A stretch of 64,000 bases of DNA from the human T2T-CHM13v2.0 reference genome, Homo sapiens. This document shows, piece by piece, positions 13,231 to 25,835 of the stretch (positions are counted from its first letter, which is position 1; every line of letters begins with the position of its first letter). The notes beneath the pieces were generated by a model, which was not told the origin of the DNA, ran no database searches, and was given only the letters and a program-made list of their open reading frames with translations. The stretch lies in assembly GCF_009914755.1 (NCBI RefSeq), contig NC_060928.1, one strand, 5' to 3'. The translations under genes and the position numbers were made by a program.

Positions 13231-15799
13231 AAAGTGATTCTCCAATCTTAACATCTCCAATAGTCAAGACTACATTTTTTTATCACAAAAATGAATATGT
13301 TAACATATTGGAAAATAAAATCAAAGCAAGAAATACTTAAATCACTGCGTCAAAGATGTAAAATTTGAAATCAGCATGCCCTAACTATGAGATTTTCATG
13401 GACAGAGAAAGCTTTTGCTCTTTCTACCACCGTCTTCCAGCTCCTGACACACAATCATATCTAGAATTTTCTCCTTTAGCTGTAAGTAAAGAAGAAATAT
13501 GACTATTATCACAGCACAGCCTTAGAAACATTTTCTCCAAAAACACCTTCGCACCAGTAGCTTCTGAGCAATAAGGAAATATATTGACCCACATTTCTGA
13601 GCAGTGTATTTTCTTCCTTCTCACCTGTGACTGTCATTCAAATATTGTGGTCCTTTCACAGACTGGATAAACTGAAAAGGAAAGTTAATCAAAGAGCTCT
13701 CAGCTGGAACACTTGACTTGCTACATATATCCCACACTTAATGGGGATTAGGTTATTTTAAAAATAAATCACTAGTGTGAAAGAAAAAGTCCAACTTAAA
13801 AGAACACACAAGTGTACAGATCTAAAGTCTCTTCACAATTCGTGCTTTCTGACATCTCTTGGGACTATTGTAACCCATATTTCTTGGCTTGACATAATAG
13901 AAGGGCAAAATCTCATGTGTGAGAATTTATATTGCACCCATCTCAGGTGCACAGTTTCTTTCCACTCGAAGTTCAGGTGTACTCTGGGATTTCTTTGACT
14001 TAAAAGTCTTGAGTGTGTTAAAACTTTAGAGCTGCTGCTGGTATTTTAGGATTTTCTGAGATTTACGTCTCTGATTCTAGACGCTGTGTCTAAAGATTTC
14101 CTCCTTGTTGGGAGAAGAACACCTAGTCCCAGACCTCCCTGCAGTGACAGGTTTGTTCTGAGGATTAATGATAATGTTTAAAAAATACAGAGTTCTGTAG
14201 ATGAAATATGCTTCTTTGGTTCAAAACATTAGCGATCCAGTGGAGTCTTTTCAGTTATAAAAATAGAATCAAATATGTTTACCAGAACAGTGCTTCCAGT
14301 GTGAATGCTACATTTTTATGTATCTAACATAGACATAACTTATTAAAATCTTACAAATGCAGTTGGATGAAAATGATGCACTTGAAATTTAATAACATTT
14401 AATTTACCAAGTACTGCATCACAGTCCTGGCATAAAAGACTTCAAATTCTGTTTGGTAGATTTAGCAACAGAACTATAGTAATATAACTGAATCTTCTAG
14501 ATAATTTAGTCCTCTCATATCACTCTGTCCTCCTGGTGGAAATTGCCTCCTTCCTTGGCAATTTTTTTACTTGACTTTAAGACCAATCTATATGATAATA
14601 ACCGCCCGAAGTCTTCAACTTGACACACCCTTTCTGTGCCTTACCTGTGCTCTTTTAATTTATAACTGCTGGGTTTTCTGCATCGATTCAACACTTTATA
14701 TCACAAGTACCACAGAAGATTGCATTTCTTTAGACTCTGAAAATTAAGGCTTTTTTTAATGTTTAGCAAAGCATCATGTATGCAAACAGGGAAGTTATTA
14801 GCATCTTTCTGACTATAAATTAGGCACAGCTGGAGGCTATATCAATTTCCTTAGGCTAATTAATATAGTGAAGCTGTAATTTGCTAATGATGCTGGGCTT
14901 TGTCCACTGTTGAATAGGCTTAGTGTAAAATATTCTAGAACCATTTTGATCATATTCTACATATTGCTTTTAGGATGCAGTAGATTTTTTTGGTCTGAAA
15001 GAACTTGAGCACTTTTTAAAGTGTGAAATATTTTTGGAGATACTGTGCTCTAGGAGAGTCAGGCTGTATAAGTACTGTATTGATGAACATGTTGGTCATT
15101 TGATAAGAAAAAATATATATAAATAAACATTAAAGAATGCAAATATACATAAAAAAGTTAGTACCTAACAAAAAGTTGTCATCTTTCATGGAATTAAGCC
15201 AAAAGCAAAATAAAAATCTCATTTCAATTCTTTAAAAAAGATAGTCCATAGTTGATTTGTTTTAGATGTTGATTTAACAAGGTCCTCTTTGGTTAGATTT
15301 TAATAAAATGTTTGTATTGTGCCTGTAAAATAGTTTATATCATTGAATATTATACTTAATAATATTATCAAATATTTATTGAGTTTCTTGAATAATTCTT
15401 GGCATATAGTAAGCATTAAACAAATAAGTCTTGAATTCATTAAATTATATTGAATAAAATTAATTTTTAATATAGAAAGATAGCAGTAAAGTGTGTTTAG
15501 AGCTCAATGCAAGCAATGCATATAAAATTAAACCCCAGCTAGTCTGTTTATTCTAGACCATATCTTATTCAGAACAGTTGTGTTTTGAATGCAAATATCT
15601 ATTTTTTCTATTCCTTGAGCCTTATAGGTCAGTGTAACACATGTATGGAGAATGAATTTAGGAGCTAGAGTTAAGGACTTCTAGATGCATGGCCACAGTG
15701 CCAGGTTTAATAGTCACAGGAGCTGGCAAAACCCCTGGGTGGAAGACTCCTCAGAAACCTAACATCCTTCTTTTCCCTGGGGTTTCTCAGAATGCCTTT

Positions 15800-16052
15800 C
15801 ATAGAATTTGAAGTCCACCTGAGTTGTTCCATGGAGAAAAAACTGAAAAGATTCTATGTCCAAATAATTTTGGAAATATTATCTACTATAGCTCTCTCCT
15901 GGTGAGTCATAATACACATTAGCATATTAAAGCTCTAAGTGCCGAAAATAACATTTACCACATTTCTTGAAATATATTTGACTTTTTTTCAATAAGTCTC
16001 CTTAATATACCAAGAACCTAATGTTCTCTTCAGCATATTTTGGGCAATGCTG
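15800..16052. mobile_element. MER103C-like hAT-Charlie DNA transposon remnant
   Basis: aatacacattagcatattaaagctct and terminal ttttgggcaatgctg. Confidence 0.55.
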
Positions 16053-17636
16053 TCTTAAGGTGCTATCAATAATTTACATTGATTCTGTAATCAAGATGAA
16101 GCAAAATAAAACATGAAGATTTGGGATATTTAAAAAGTTGGAAGGAGTGTCCGTAAAGGAGGAAAAATAAACAGAACAGGAAGCTGTGGGGGTGAGGAAG
16201 CCCAACTTCGTCATTGATCAAGTGGTAATCTGCTACTTGATTTTAGCATTACAAGTAGTAATCTGCTACTTATAACTGATAAGCACCATACGTAAATACT
16301 AAGAATCGCTTTGTCATTTATAGTGATTCAGAAATGAAATTCATTTGCAAAGAGGGTTAGGATAGTTTATTTTGTAACACAAATTAAATCTAACTGGAGA
16401 TTCAAACAATGAAGAAAAAGCACAAAATCATAACACTGGGAGAGGCCTTGAAATACTCTGTTCCATCTTTATTCCAACTCAGAAGCTCTCTAAAATAAAA
16501 CAATTAAATTACTTTGTTGATACGTTTTCCCAGTTTTCATAACTATTATGTCAGGAAATTCTAATCCCCAATCCAAATCACTTCAATTAAAATTCAAGCC
16601 TGTTATACCAGTCTATTTTCACTTACTGAAATTTTGTCATCCTTCATCTAATTTCTTTAAGCCCTGTTCTTTCTTAGAGAGACTTAAAACGTGTTTTTAA
16701 GTTTGACTTCTGCCACAGAGAAAATGGCAGGATTATTGTCTTCATTTCTGACTGCAGTGTTTTCAGAGACTCCCACACAAAACAAGAGAAAACTATACAG
16801 AAGTGCCTATTTGCTGGAAAGAGAACAAAAGAGACTTTTCAGTAATGAATTTGAGAAAGAACTGGGATTTCTCTGCATATGGCACCTGGAAACACAAAAG
16901 TAGTTATGTGAGGATAAGTTATTGATTTAATAACTGCCCTGGTAAATAAAATTAGGCACCATGTGGATTTCTCAATTCTCTTTTAAGTCAAGTCTCTGGT
17001 TTAAAAAGAGGGACTTTGTTGGTGTCAGGTGGTGCTTCAAGGACAGTAAAAGCGCCTTGGAAAGCAGGTGCAGGTGCTCAGAAGGGATTCCGGATTGTGA
17101 CTCTGCTCCCAGAGTGCTTTTGAACACTACGCAGAATGTATTCATCTACTTTCAGTTCAATAATTAATGTCACTATTCCTACAGCTACTCTTAGAATAAC
17201 AAACACAGGCAACTCAAGACTTTAAAGAGATTTCAGTTAAAATGCTTTATTTCATAGCGTATTTTGGCCTTGATGGGAATATTGTTATAAGTCTTATAGT
17301 GACATAAAGTGGAGATACTTTTTAAATTTTTCTGGGGAATTTTTGTGACCTCCGCAAAAGGAGATACAGTAGACTCTTTGGGAGAATATTTTATTAAATT
17401 TTTATTTATTATAAAAAGGAGAGCAAAGCATTCAAATGATTGGCACAACACTATGGAACAGAGCTCTAATTGGAAGCAAGGTGATTCTTTGCACTTGACA
17501 TGGAAGACAACTTTTGCCTTCAGAATTCTAGAGTTGTTTCAGGCACAGCTTGGTGCCCTTGAAAAGGAGTTAAGTTCAGAATCTCACCTGAATTCTAAGG
17601 AAATTCTGAAATTGAAGCAGCTTCATGGAGAAAAGA

Positions 17637-17657
17637 ACACACACACACACACACACA
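17637..17657. repeat. (CA)n microsatellite
   Basis: About 10 CA units read directly. Confidence 0.95.
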
Positions 17658-19137
17658 TACATGCACCATCGGTCTTATTTTTCTAGGGTTTTGAAGAACA
17701 TCCTGTTGTGGCTGCTGTTGTGGAGAGAAGAGCTGCCTCTGGAATGTTTCTCCGGAGGTCTACTTTTGGGAGTCTCTGGCTCAATGTTGGCTGTTTCTTA
17801 CCATCTTCTCAAATGTGTTTTCTTTTATATATAAAGGATATTTTACTTCATATACAAAGGGATGTAGTCTTCAGATGTGGTATGTGTTGGACAGAATTTT
17901 CTACAACTTATCAAATTTGTTACCATATTATTAAATTTATTTTTATATTTTATATACAAAAATGAACTTTAGCACTGTAATTATTCTTGTAAGTTGATTT
18001 TTAATGTATTTGTCCTTGATTCATTGATGCACATGATATTGTTCTGAAAAAGACCTTTGAGATCATGTGCTCTAAACTCCTGTTTTTCACCACTGTGGTA
18101 AAGTTATTTATTTGTTTCAGGTCACATGATAGGTAATGGAAAGAGTGGCCATTAGAATTCAGACAACCTAAAATCACATGTGGTCACAAACTGTTGGAAT
18201 GACTATTTTTAACCCAAGAAACAATTTTAAAATTTACTGATTCTAAATCTGCAGTACAGTGTTGGGCACATGGTGAGGTTTTATCCAATATTTGTAGAAT
18301 TGAATGAATAAATAATGCTGAATTAAATTATGATTTATGTGTACTTGTTTTATTTAGTATTCTAAATCTCTACCTATTTATTTTTCTGCATAAATTATAC
18401 TTACTTTTGTCTGCATGAAATTTATAAATTTAACCTCTTCTGCATGGAGACAAAGGAGTCAATCATAGTCTTCTCCATGGTTCAAGTAAATAATTTCTCA
18501 AATGTCCATTTGGCTACACATATCCATTTATAAGTACAGAAACCAGCCCTGTTTGAGTTGGCAATAATATCTTTTACACATTTGGGGGTGTCTATTTGCA
18601 AATAGAAAGGTGAAAAGTTATCCAAATCCCAGCTAGTTTTTTGATACCTAAAATTTTGTGTAGTTTTGCATCATCCTTTTTACATGCCTCGCAAATAAAG
18701 AATATAAAAAAGCCAGTTTGTAATCAGAAGTTTGTTTCTTCAAAAAGTTTATAAAGGCATTTTTTTTTTCTGTTAAGTAATTATAGTCTAACACTGATAT
18801 GGCAAAGTCACCAGTAGGAGACCAATGACATTTGGGATTTAGATAGGCCTCTTTTGTCATTAACAAACATTTGTTATAAAGAATGGAAAGATTTATTTTA
18901 GTGGTCTATTTGCATGGGAATCCTATATATCCATCATAGATACATCATTTGTTATTTAAATAAAACCTAGCTGAACAGATACAGGTAACAGGGTGGAATC
19001 ATCCATCTTTGTGTTTGTGTCTTTATGAGGACATTTATACATGCGGTAACAGAGACGGATAGTTAAAGGTGTATTGATGTCAATAATATTTTAATGGAAC
19101 ATAATGTTTTTCAAACTTTGTATTATGCCTAATTCTT

Positions 19138-19456
19138 TTTATAAATTATTTTAATTGACATAATTTTACCTATTTATGGGGTTACAGTATGATATTTTGA
19201 TACATCTATACAATGTATAATGATCAAATCAAGGTAAGTAGCATATCCATCACCTCAAACATTCATCATTTCTTTGTGCTGGGAACATTAAAAATCTTCT
19301 CTTCTAGCTATTTGAAAATATGCAATAAATTATTGTTTACTGTAGTCATCCTACAGTGCTATAGAACATTAGAATTCATTCCTCCTATCTAGCTGTAATT
19401 TTGTGTTCGCTGACCAACCTCTCTCTGTTCTTTCCTTCTCCCTACCCTTCCCAGTC
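19138..19456 (-). mobile_element. L1MA8-like 3' end fragment
   Basis: aatgatcaaatcaaggtaagtagcatatccatcacctcaaacatt; TSD atgcct(a/g)attctt at 19125-19137 and 19457-19469, followed by aaaa. Confidence 0.85.
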
Positions 19457-21319
19457 ATGCCTGATTCTTAAAATCTTGGTGCTAGGTGTCACGATTGTTC
19501 ATTAAATAATCCACTTCTATTGCTCTTTGCTTTTAAATCTCAAAAATGCCATAATTACCTTCTCTCTCAAAACTGCACTTATTGTCTTTCAGATCCCTTC
19601 TTTATGACCTCTTTAGCATTGTCAATTTCAAAACTGAGATGCACCATCCTGTGTTTAATTTGCTGTAACTCAGTTGGTATGAATACTATTACTGCTTTTA
19701 GGTCCTTTATACCTTACTCTGCTATTCTCTCTCATTTTCACATAAACTGGTGTTCAGGCTCTGAAATAGATCCTGTTATGTGGAAAGAGTCAATTAATTC
19801 ACACTTTGATCTAATAACATAGGCTCCATCCTTGGACAGGATTTATGGGCGTGACAGTAAATTCTCTCACTCTATCCCAGTAGAATCCTTCCAGTTCAAT
19901 AAGCTGTTAGGCATTTGGAAATCTTTTTCTCTCTATGGCTTTTCAGCCTAGCTTTCCACACTTCTGTGATATAAATTGTCCTTTTAAAAAAATCTAAAAC
20001 ATACTTGAGGTATTTCTGAAAATTGTTTTTAATATAGATAGTGTTTAATTGAAGATGGAGCTGTAGTTTAAGTGCATTTTCCTGAATTGTCATCAGTTGT
20101 CTAAAACAGCAGGCAGTAAACTATCTTCTTTTCAGCTAAGCACCTATTAAAGCTACTGGCTGTATTTGTTGTAATACCAGCCAGTTGAAATGAAGCCATT
20201 CCTGACCGACTTAATCATATAGACTACAATTTTGACCTACTAATTCCATGTAGTAATCTCATTGCAGTTTCCTTTTAAGAATTAGCCAGCACATCTATTT
20301 TTAATCCTCAAGTTTCTTGAGCCTCTCTGAGCGCTTAGTGGACAAAAGTACAGAACAACACAGTTCCTAATTTATAGAGAGATTGTGTTCTGAAAGGTGA
20401 TTTGTAAGCCAGTTGTTTGAAATTTCCCTTAAACAATGCTATACTTGTTGCTGAGGTTCCTTTGGCAGTCTTCAGGTCATTACCTTTATCACTTACCACA
20501 ACAAAATGCCTGGTTACAGAGTAAGTACTAAGAAACAATTATGGAATGAATGACTAAATGTAACACACTGTAAAATTAATCACAATGTGAGATAATTATT
20601 CCTACAAGAAAATGCTTTCAGAGCTCCACTTCGGAATGATACCAGCTACAAACTTAGACACACTAGTACACTAGAGTAAGAGCTCTTTAACAATTTTCCT
20701 CACTTGTGAATAGAAACTTCTCTGGTTCAAGTAGGTGTGTCTGCCTGGAAGCTCGTTTAAGTGATGCATGGCTTACTGTCCTCCCTTTCTTGTCTTCCAC
20801 TGGTTCTTTGAATTGGTTTCCTGCTTCTCTGGCCCTTTATGTAGTTTCACATATTTTTAAACAACCACTCCTGAAATAAGGGGAACAATTTCATTTCTCA
20901 AGAGTTTTTCCCTTTCATTTTTTCTTCCTTCTTTGTGCTACCAACAAGAAAGTATACCAAATACTTAAAACAGGAGAAAACAATGCATAAAAGCCCCCTC
21001 AACTTCCTTCTTATATTTTCCTCTTTGTATTTTCTTTTCTGGTTGTTCACAAGAAGGAAGCAGAGTTTTGTATAAATTGTAAAAGAGAGAATTCTTTTTA
21101 CTCTCAAAGGACAATGAAGAGATTTTTTTCTTTAGAATGTTTGTGGTTAGTCTTTCCTAGACACTTTATCAGGCTTGAGCTGGAGTCTCAGAGTAGAAGA
21201 ATGGGACCAAGACTTTATGGGTCCTAAGCAGACTATCAGCTAACTTTGGTGGAATTGATGCTGATTAGAAACTACTGTGAAACTCAATGACAAGCAACAA
21301 TAAACAATTCCCTTTTTCT

Positions 21320-21673
21320 CCTGTATCTGAGATTTGACTGGAGCCAAGCTGATCGAGGCTGACCTTAGCAAATGGCTGGAGGTGAGGTTTAGGTTTGCTC
21401 CAGGTGTCTCTCATTCTGGGAATAGAGAGTTACTCAGGGCATGTTCTTTGCATGTTCATGGCAGAGCGTAAGAGAACAAACCCAGTTGCATAACCGCATC
21501 TCAAGCTTTGCTTGGTAATATCCCATTGGCTTAAAAGCAAGCCACAAGACCTAGCTCTAAGTGAAAGATTGAGAAGTAAACCTTTTGCCTTGCAGGAGAA
21601 ACTGCAAAGTCATACAGCAAAGGGTAGATTCCAGGGAAAGTGTAGCATAGAGAACAAAAATGCAGTCTACCAC
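21320..21673 (-). mobile_element. Old MLT1 (H/I/J-type) LTR
   Basis: gggcatgttctttgcatg...atcccattggcttaaaagcaagccaca...gaaactgcaaagtcatacagcaaaggg...tctaccac. Confidence 0.65.
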
Positions 21674-21747
21674 CTAGGACTAGATCGAGAATGTGTGTCT
21701 GATTGAGGGAGGCTAATGATTTGCCACCTTTTAAAACCAATGTTCTT

Positions 21748-22083
<336 letters not shown>

Positions 22084-22204
22084 TTATTTAGTGGAGATGG
22101 AGAGAGATTGAACATCTATTGGAACAAATTGTGCAAAGAAAGAGTTACTCAGTATTTTACTTTTGCATGCCAAACCAGTGTCAATTTTTTTTTTTAAAGA
22201 GACA

Positions 22205-22315
22205 AAAATAGTGTAATGGGTAAGAATGCAGGCTCTGAGCCAGATTGCCTAGGTTTAAATACCAGCTCTGTCACTTACTAACTGTGTGACCTAGGGCAAG
22301 TCATTTAACTCCAAG
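22205..22315 (+). mobile_element. MIR
   Basis: gggtaagaatgcaggctctgagccagattgcctaggtttaaataccagctctgtcacttactaactgtgtgacctagggcaagtcattta. Confidence 0.8.
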
Positions 22316-23489
22316 TTAGATATTATTAATAAACTGCTGTTTTTTCTTTAGCTTTCTTCTGTGTATGCCAAGCCAGACAACTTGTTAGGAGGTAATGAAC
22401 TCAAAATTTAGTCGGTAAAATAAATTGCACTCCAATAATCCTGCATCACTCAATTTTTGGAAATTCAACTGATTGCAACTGACTTTCATCTGCCTTCATT
22501 GCAAATGTTCATTAAGAATACTCAATAGAGCTAGGTCTGCAGCAGAGAGGGTTGTTTACCTGAGGGTGCTGCATGTCTGCAATAGAGGATGAATTTAAAA
22601 ACATTTATTCAAGTTATATGTTAGCATTTTATAGACTGCCTCCTCATGTAGCTATTGACATAATTTCCCCTTAATCCTCCCGGTCTCAAACAAGGGGACA
22701 GAGTTGAATCAGGATCTATGAGAGATTCTGAAACATCACTGTACATATAAGGGCATGCACTCTCTTGGGTTGGAAGGAATATGTTTACAAGCTGTTTAGA
22801 GTAGGACGTGAGATTGTAAAAGGCATATTAGAATAATCAAGCTAAATTATCCTATAAGAAATAGGGTTTGTTTAACATAAGGACTTAATTTTTTTGTGTG
22901 GGATAAGGAAATTTGGAACCAATGTTGAATTACTAGAAACAGTAGGAGAAGCTGACCATGTTCTCAAAAGAAAGCAAAGGAGAATCATGGTGGCTGCAAT
23001 ATCTTCTCCTCAAAATGTGGTTAAGTATTTAAATACTTTTTGTTGAAAACAACACCAAACTTTTGAGCCTTTCTGAGGCATCCATGTGTCTTGGCTTTTT
23101 ATCCCCAAGTTGTGGCTTACTTTCCCCCTTTTGATGTCAGTCCTCCATGAATTGATCTTGGGACAAGGGTGCTTTAGCAAACATTTATTAAATGCTTATT
23201 ATGTACTGGACATTCTCCTAGGAAATATAAAATTGTATGGATCCTATTCTTGACAAGCTCATAGTTCAGTTGTAGAGTTTATCATGTAAACTAGTTACTT
23301 CAATACAATATGACAAGTGTCTCATTTACTGAGGGGTTAGTACCTGGCTATACTAATCTATACTGTAATTTCTGCATCAATTTAATGATAACCATTTGGA
23401 CAATCCACCCATATCCTAGCCAGTCAGTGCCTTGACTCTCTCATTTCCAATGATCTTGTCTTCCTTATCACCCACTTGCAGGGTCGTAC

Positions 23490-24003
23490 TTGATGGGCCT
23501 AGGGATGCTGAACATATGTGTGAGTGTGTCTGGGAGGGGGTTTCAGGAAGAGATTGGTATTTGAATTGGTGGACAGAATAAAGAAAATTGCCCTTACCAG
23601 GGCAATTGAGTCCTTAGAGGGCTCAATTAGAACAAAATGCAGAATAAGGACAAATTCTCTCTCTTTCTTGAGCTAGGTCATTCATTTTTCTCCTGTCCTA
23701 GACATTGGAGTTCCTGGTTCTCCAGCTTTTGGATCCTGGGACTTACACCAGTGGCCTTTCCCCCTGGTTCTTGGACTGAATTACACCACCACTTTTCCTC
23801 ATTCTCCAGACAATGAAACTTCTCAGCCTCCATAATCACATGAGCTAATTCCCAGGATAAATCTCTATCTATATCTCTGTCTATATCTATCTATCTCTGT
23901 CTGTCTGTCTGTCTATCTGTCTATCTATCTATCCATCCATCTGTCTATCTCTTCATCATCATCATCATCTCTCTAATGGTTATGTTTCTCTGAAGAGCCC
24001 TAA
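23490..24003 (+). mobile_element. MLT2 (B/D-type) ERVL solo LTR inserted in L2
   Basis: tttcaggaagagattggtatttgaattggtggac...cttctcagcctccataatcacatgagctaattcc...gtttctctgaagagccctaa. Confidence 0.8.
23862..23970. repeat. Compound (TCTA)/(TCTG)/(TCA)n microsatellite inside the MLT2 LTR
   Basis: Read directly. Confidence 0.9.
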
Positions 24004-24004
24004 A

Positions 24005-25835
24005 AACCTTGTCTTTGGTAATAGTGATCTCACCATCAAAATATCAGTTTCAAGCATTCATGTGAAACCATCATTTCCTGTCTTTCTAGCTCACTTTCCC
24101 TAGTACTCCCACTTCAACTGTTCTTGATGCTACCAGGACCTTCAATCCATTGCCCCTCCCTTCACCACATTTTCACTATTCATTTCTTCCCACCATCACC
24201 CACCTGTGTCCTCACTTCTCTCCTTTTCTAGCTTAGAGTCAATAGCCTTTTGTCACTGTCTAGGATACATCCTTAACTCCCCAGCTTTTCTCTTACCTGA
24301 CAAAACTCTATTCTGGTTAAATATAACTCTGCTTTGTCTTATGGCTAAAATCAAATAGCTGAATGTGGCTGAAAAGAAATACCCAACTATATTTATGGGT
24401 CTGATTAAATTTATTAGCAAAAATCTCAAGTGAGCATTTAGCTCTGCTAAGCAGTCCAAATATATTTCTCTAGTAAATTTATTTTCCCTCTCTCTGAGGC
24501 AACCATTTTACGATTTCTCTTTTAAAAACTTCCAGTACTTTGTATCTCAGCCTTATTTCCAGCTGATGTCAGAGTACTCAGATAGGAACTGCTTCCACTT
24601 CCCATCACCAAACCTATCTACATCTTTATTCCTGTACTCTGCTTTCCCTCTGGTTTCTGAAGATGAACTGTCCTAGCTTTTCCCCATGGCCAACACTTCA
24701 CTGTGCACTGGGTCTTCCATTCCTACTTATTCACTGGGATTCTCTGCCACTGCAATATCCCATCACTCATCGGCTTCATCCTTCTCTATCGATCGGTAGA
24801 TGAGTAATGAAAATGATGAAAATCTATTACACCGAGGGAGTGATCGGTAGAGAAGGAAAAATTCTTCTCTACCGATCACTCCCTCGGTGTAATAGATTTT
24901 CATCATTTAAGGAAAAACCCTTCCTTGACTTTATTCTGCCCGCCTCCTACCACTCCATTGCTCTGCTACCCTTCATAGTAAAATTCCTTGAAAATGTTGC
25001 CATATTTGCTGTGTCCATTTCTTCTCCTCACATTGTTTCATTAAAAAATGTATTTTAATTAGTATTTTCTCTCCAACCCTCCACTGAAACTGCTCTAATC
25101 ATGCCCACCCCTATCCTTCAGCTTGTCAAAATTAGTGTCAGCTATTTGTCTTCATCTCCTTTAGCCTCTTAGCATGATTCCTCATCTGCTTCTGGAACCC
25201 TGGAAAAGCTAGGTTTCTTTGTCTCATTGGTTACCATCTTTACTGACTTCTTCATTTTCTAATTTATTTGTCTTTTTGTTTTGTCTACACATTCCCTCTG
25301 GATAATTTCATTCGATCTCTAGTCATTAAATTAAATGTATAGGCTGATGACTCATAAATTTATAACACCAGCTTCAGTTTCTCCCTTGAGTTTCAGAGTT
25401 GTATAGTCAACTGTCCATTTGATTTTACTTTAATGTTTCACAGATACCTCTAGTGTGGTATGTCCAACACAGCTTGACTCTTTGCTAGCCTTCCTGCCTG
25501 TTCCCTAGTTTGTTTCTTTTCAGTTAGTGTTTCTATACTTCCCCAGTTTCAGAGGCCTAGGAGTCACTTCTCCTCCCCCATATTTACTGACTTAAAAATC
25601 TTGTTGACATCTACTTACTGTAAAAATCTGTTTCAATTCAGCTATTTATCTCCACCCACACTGCTAAAACCCCTGTCCAAGCCTCCTTCTTCATTTTGTG
25701 CATTTGTCGTTCTTGACTTATCGGAATCTTCTCCTATCTTGTTTCTCTGCTTTCACTCTTGCCTTGCTGACATGAACTCTCCATAAAGCAATAAGAGGGA
25801 TCTTTTAAAAATGTTAACAGGACCCTGCTTAACAT
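24005..25835 (+). mobile_element. Long L2 ORF2-region remnant
   Basis: Pyrimidine-rich L2 motifs (aaaacccttccttgac; ctccactgaaactgctct; ggctgatgactcataaattta). Confidence 0.7.
24811..24908. repeat. Perfect inverted repeat, 45-bp arms, 8-nt spacer
   Basis: 24811-24855 aaatgatgaaaatctattacaccgagggagtgatcggtagagaag is the exact reverse complement of 24864-24908. Confidence 0.97.

Noticed and set aside
17309-17686. 125-aa ORF in unique sequence
   Set aside because: Non-ATG start, runs through the (CA)n microsatellite, no recognisable domain
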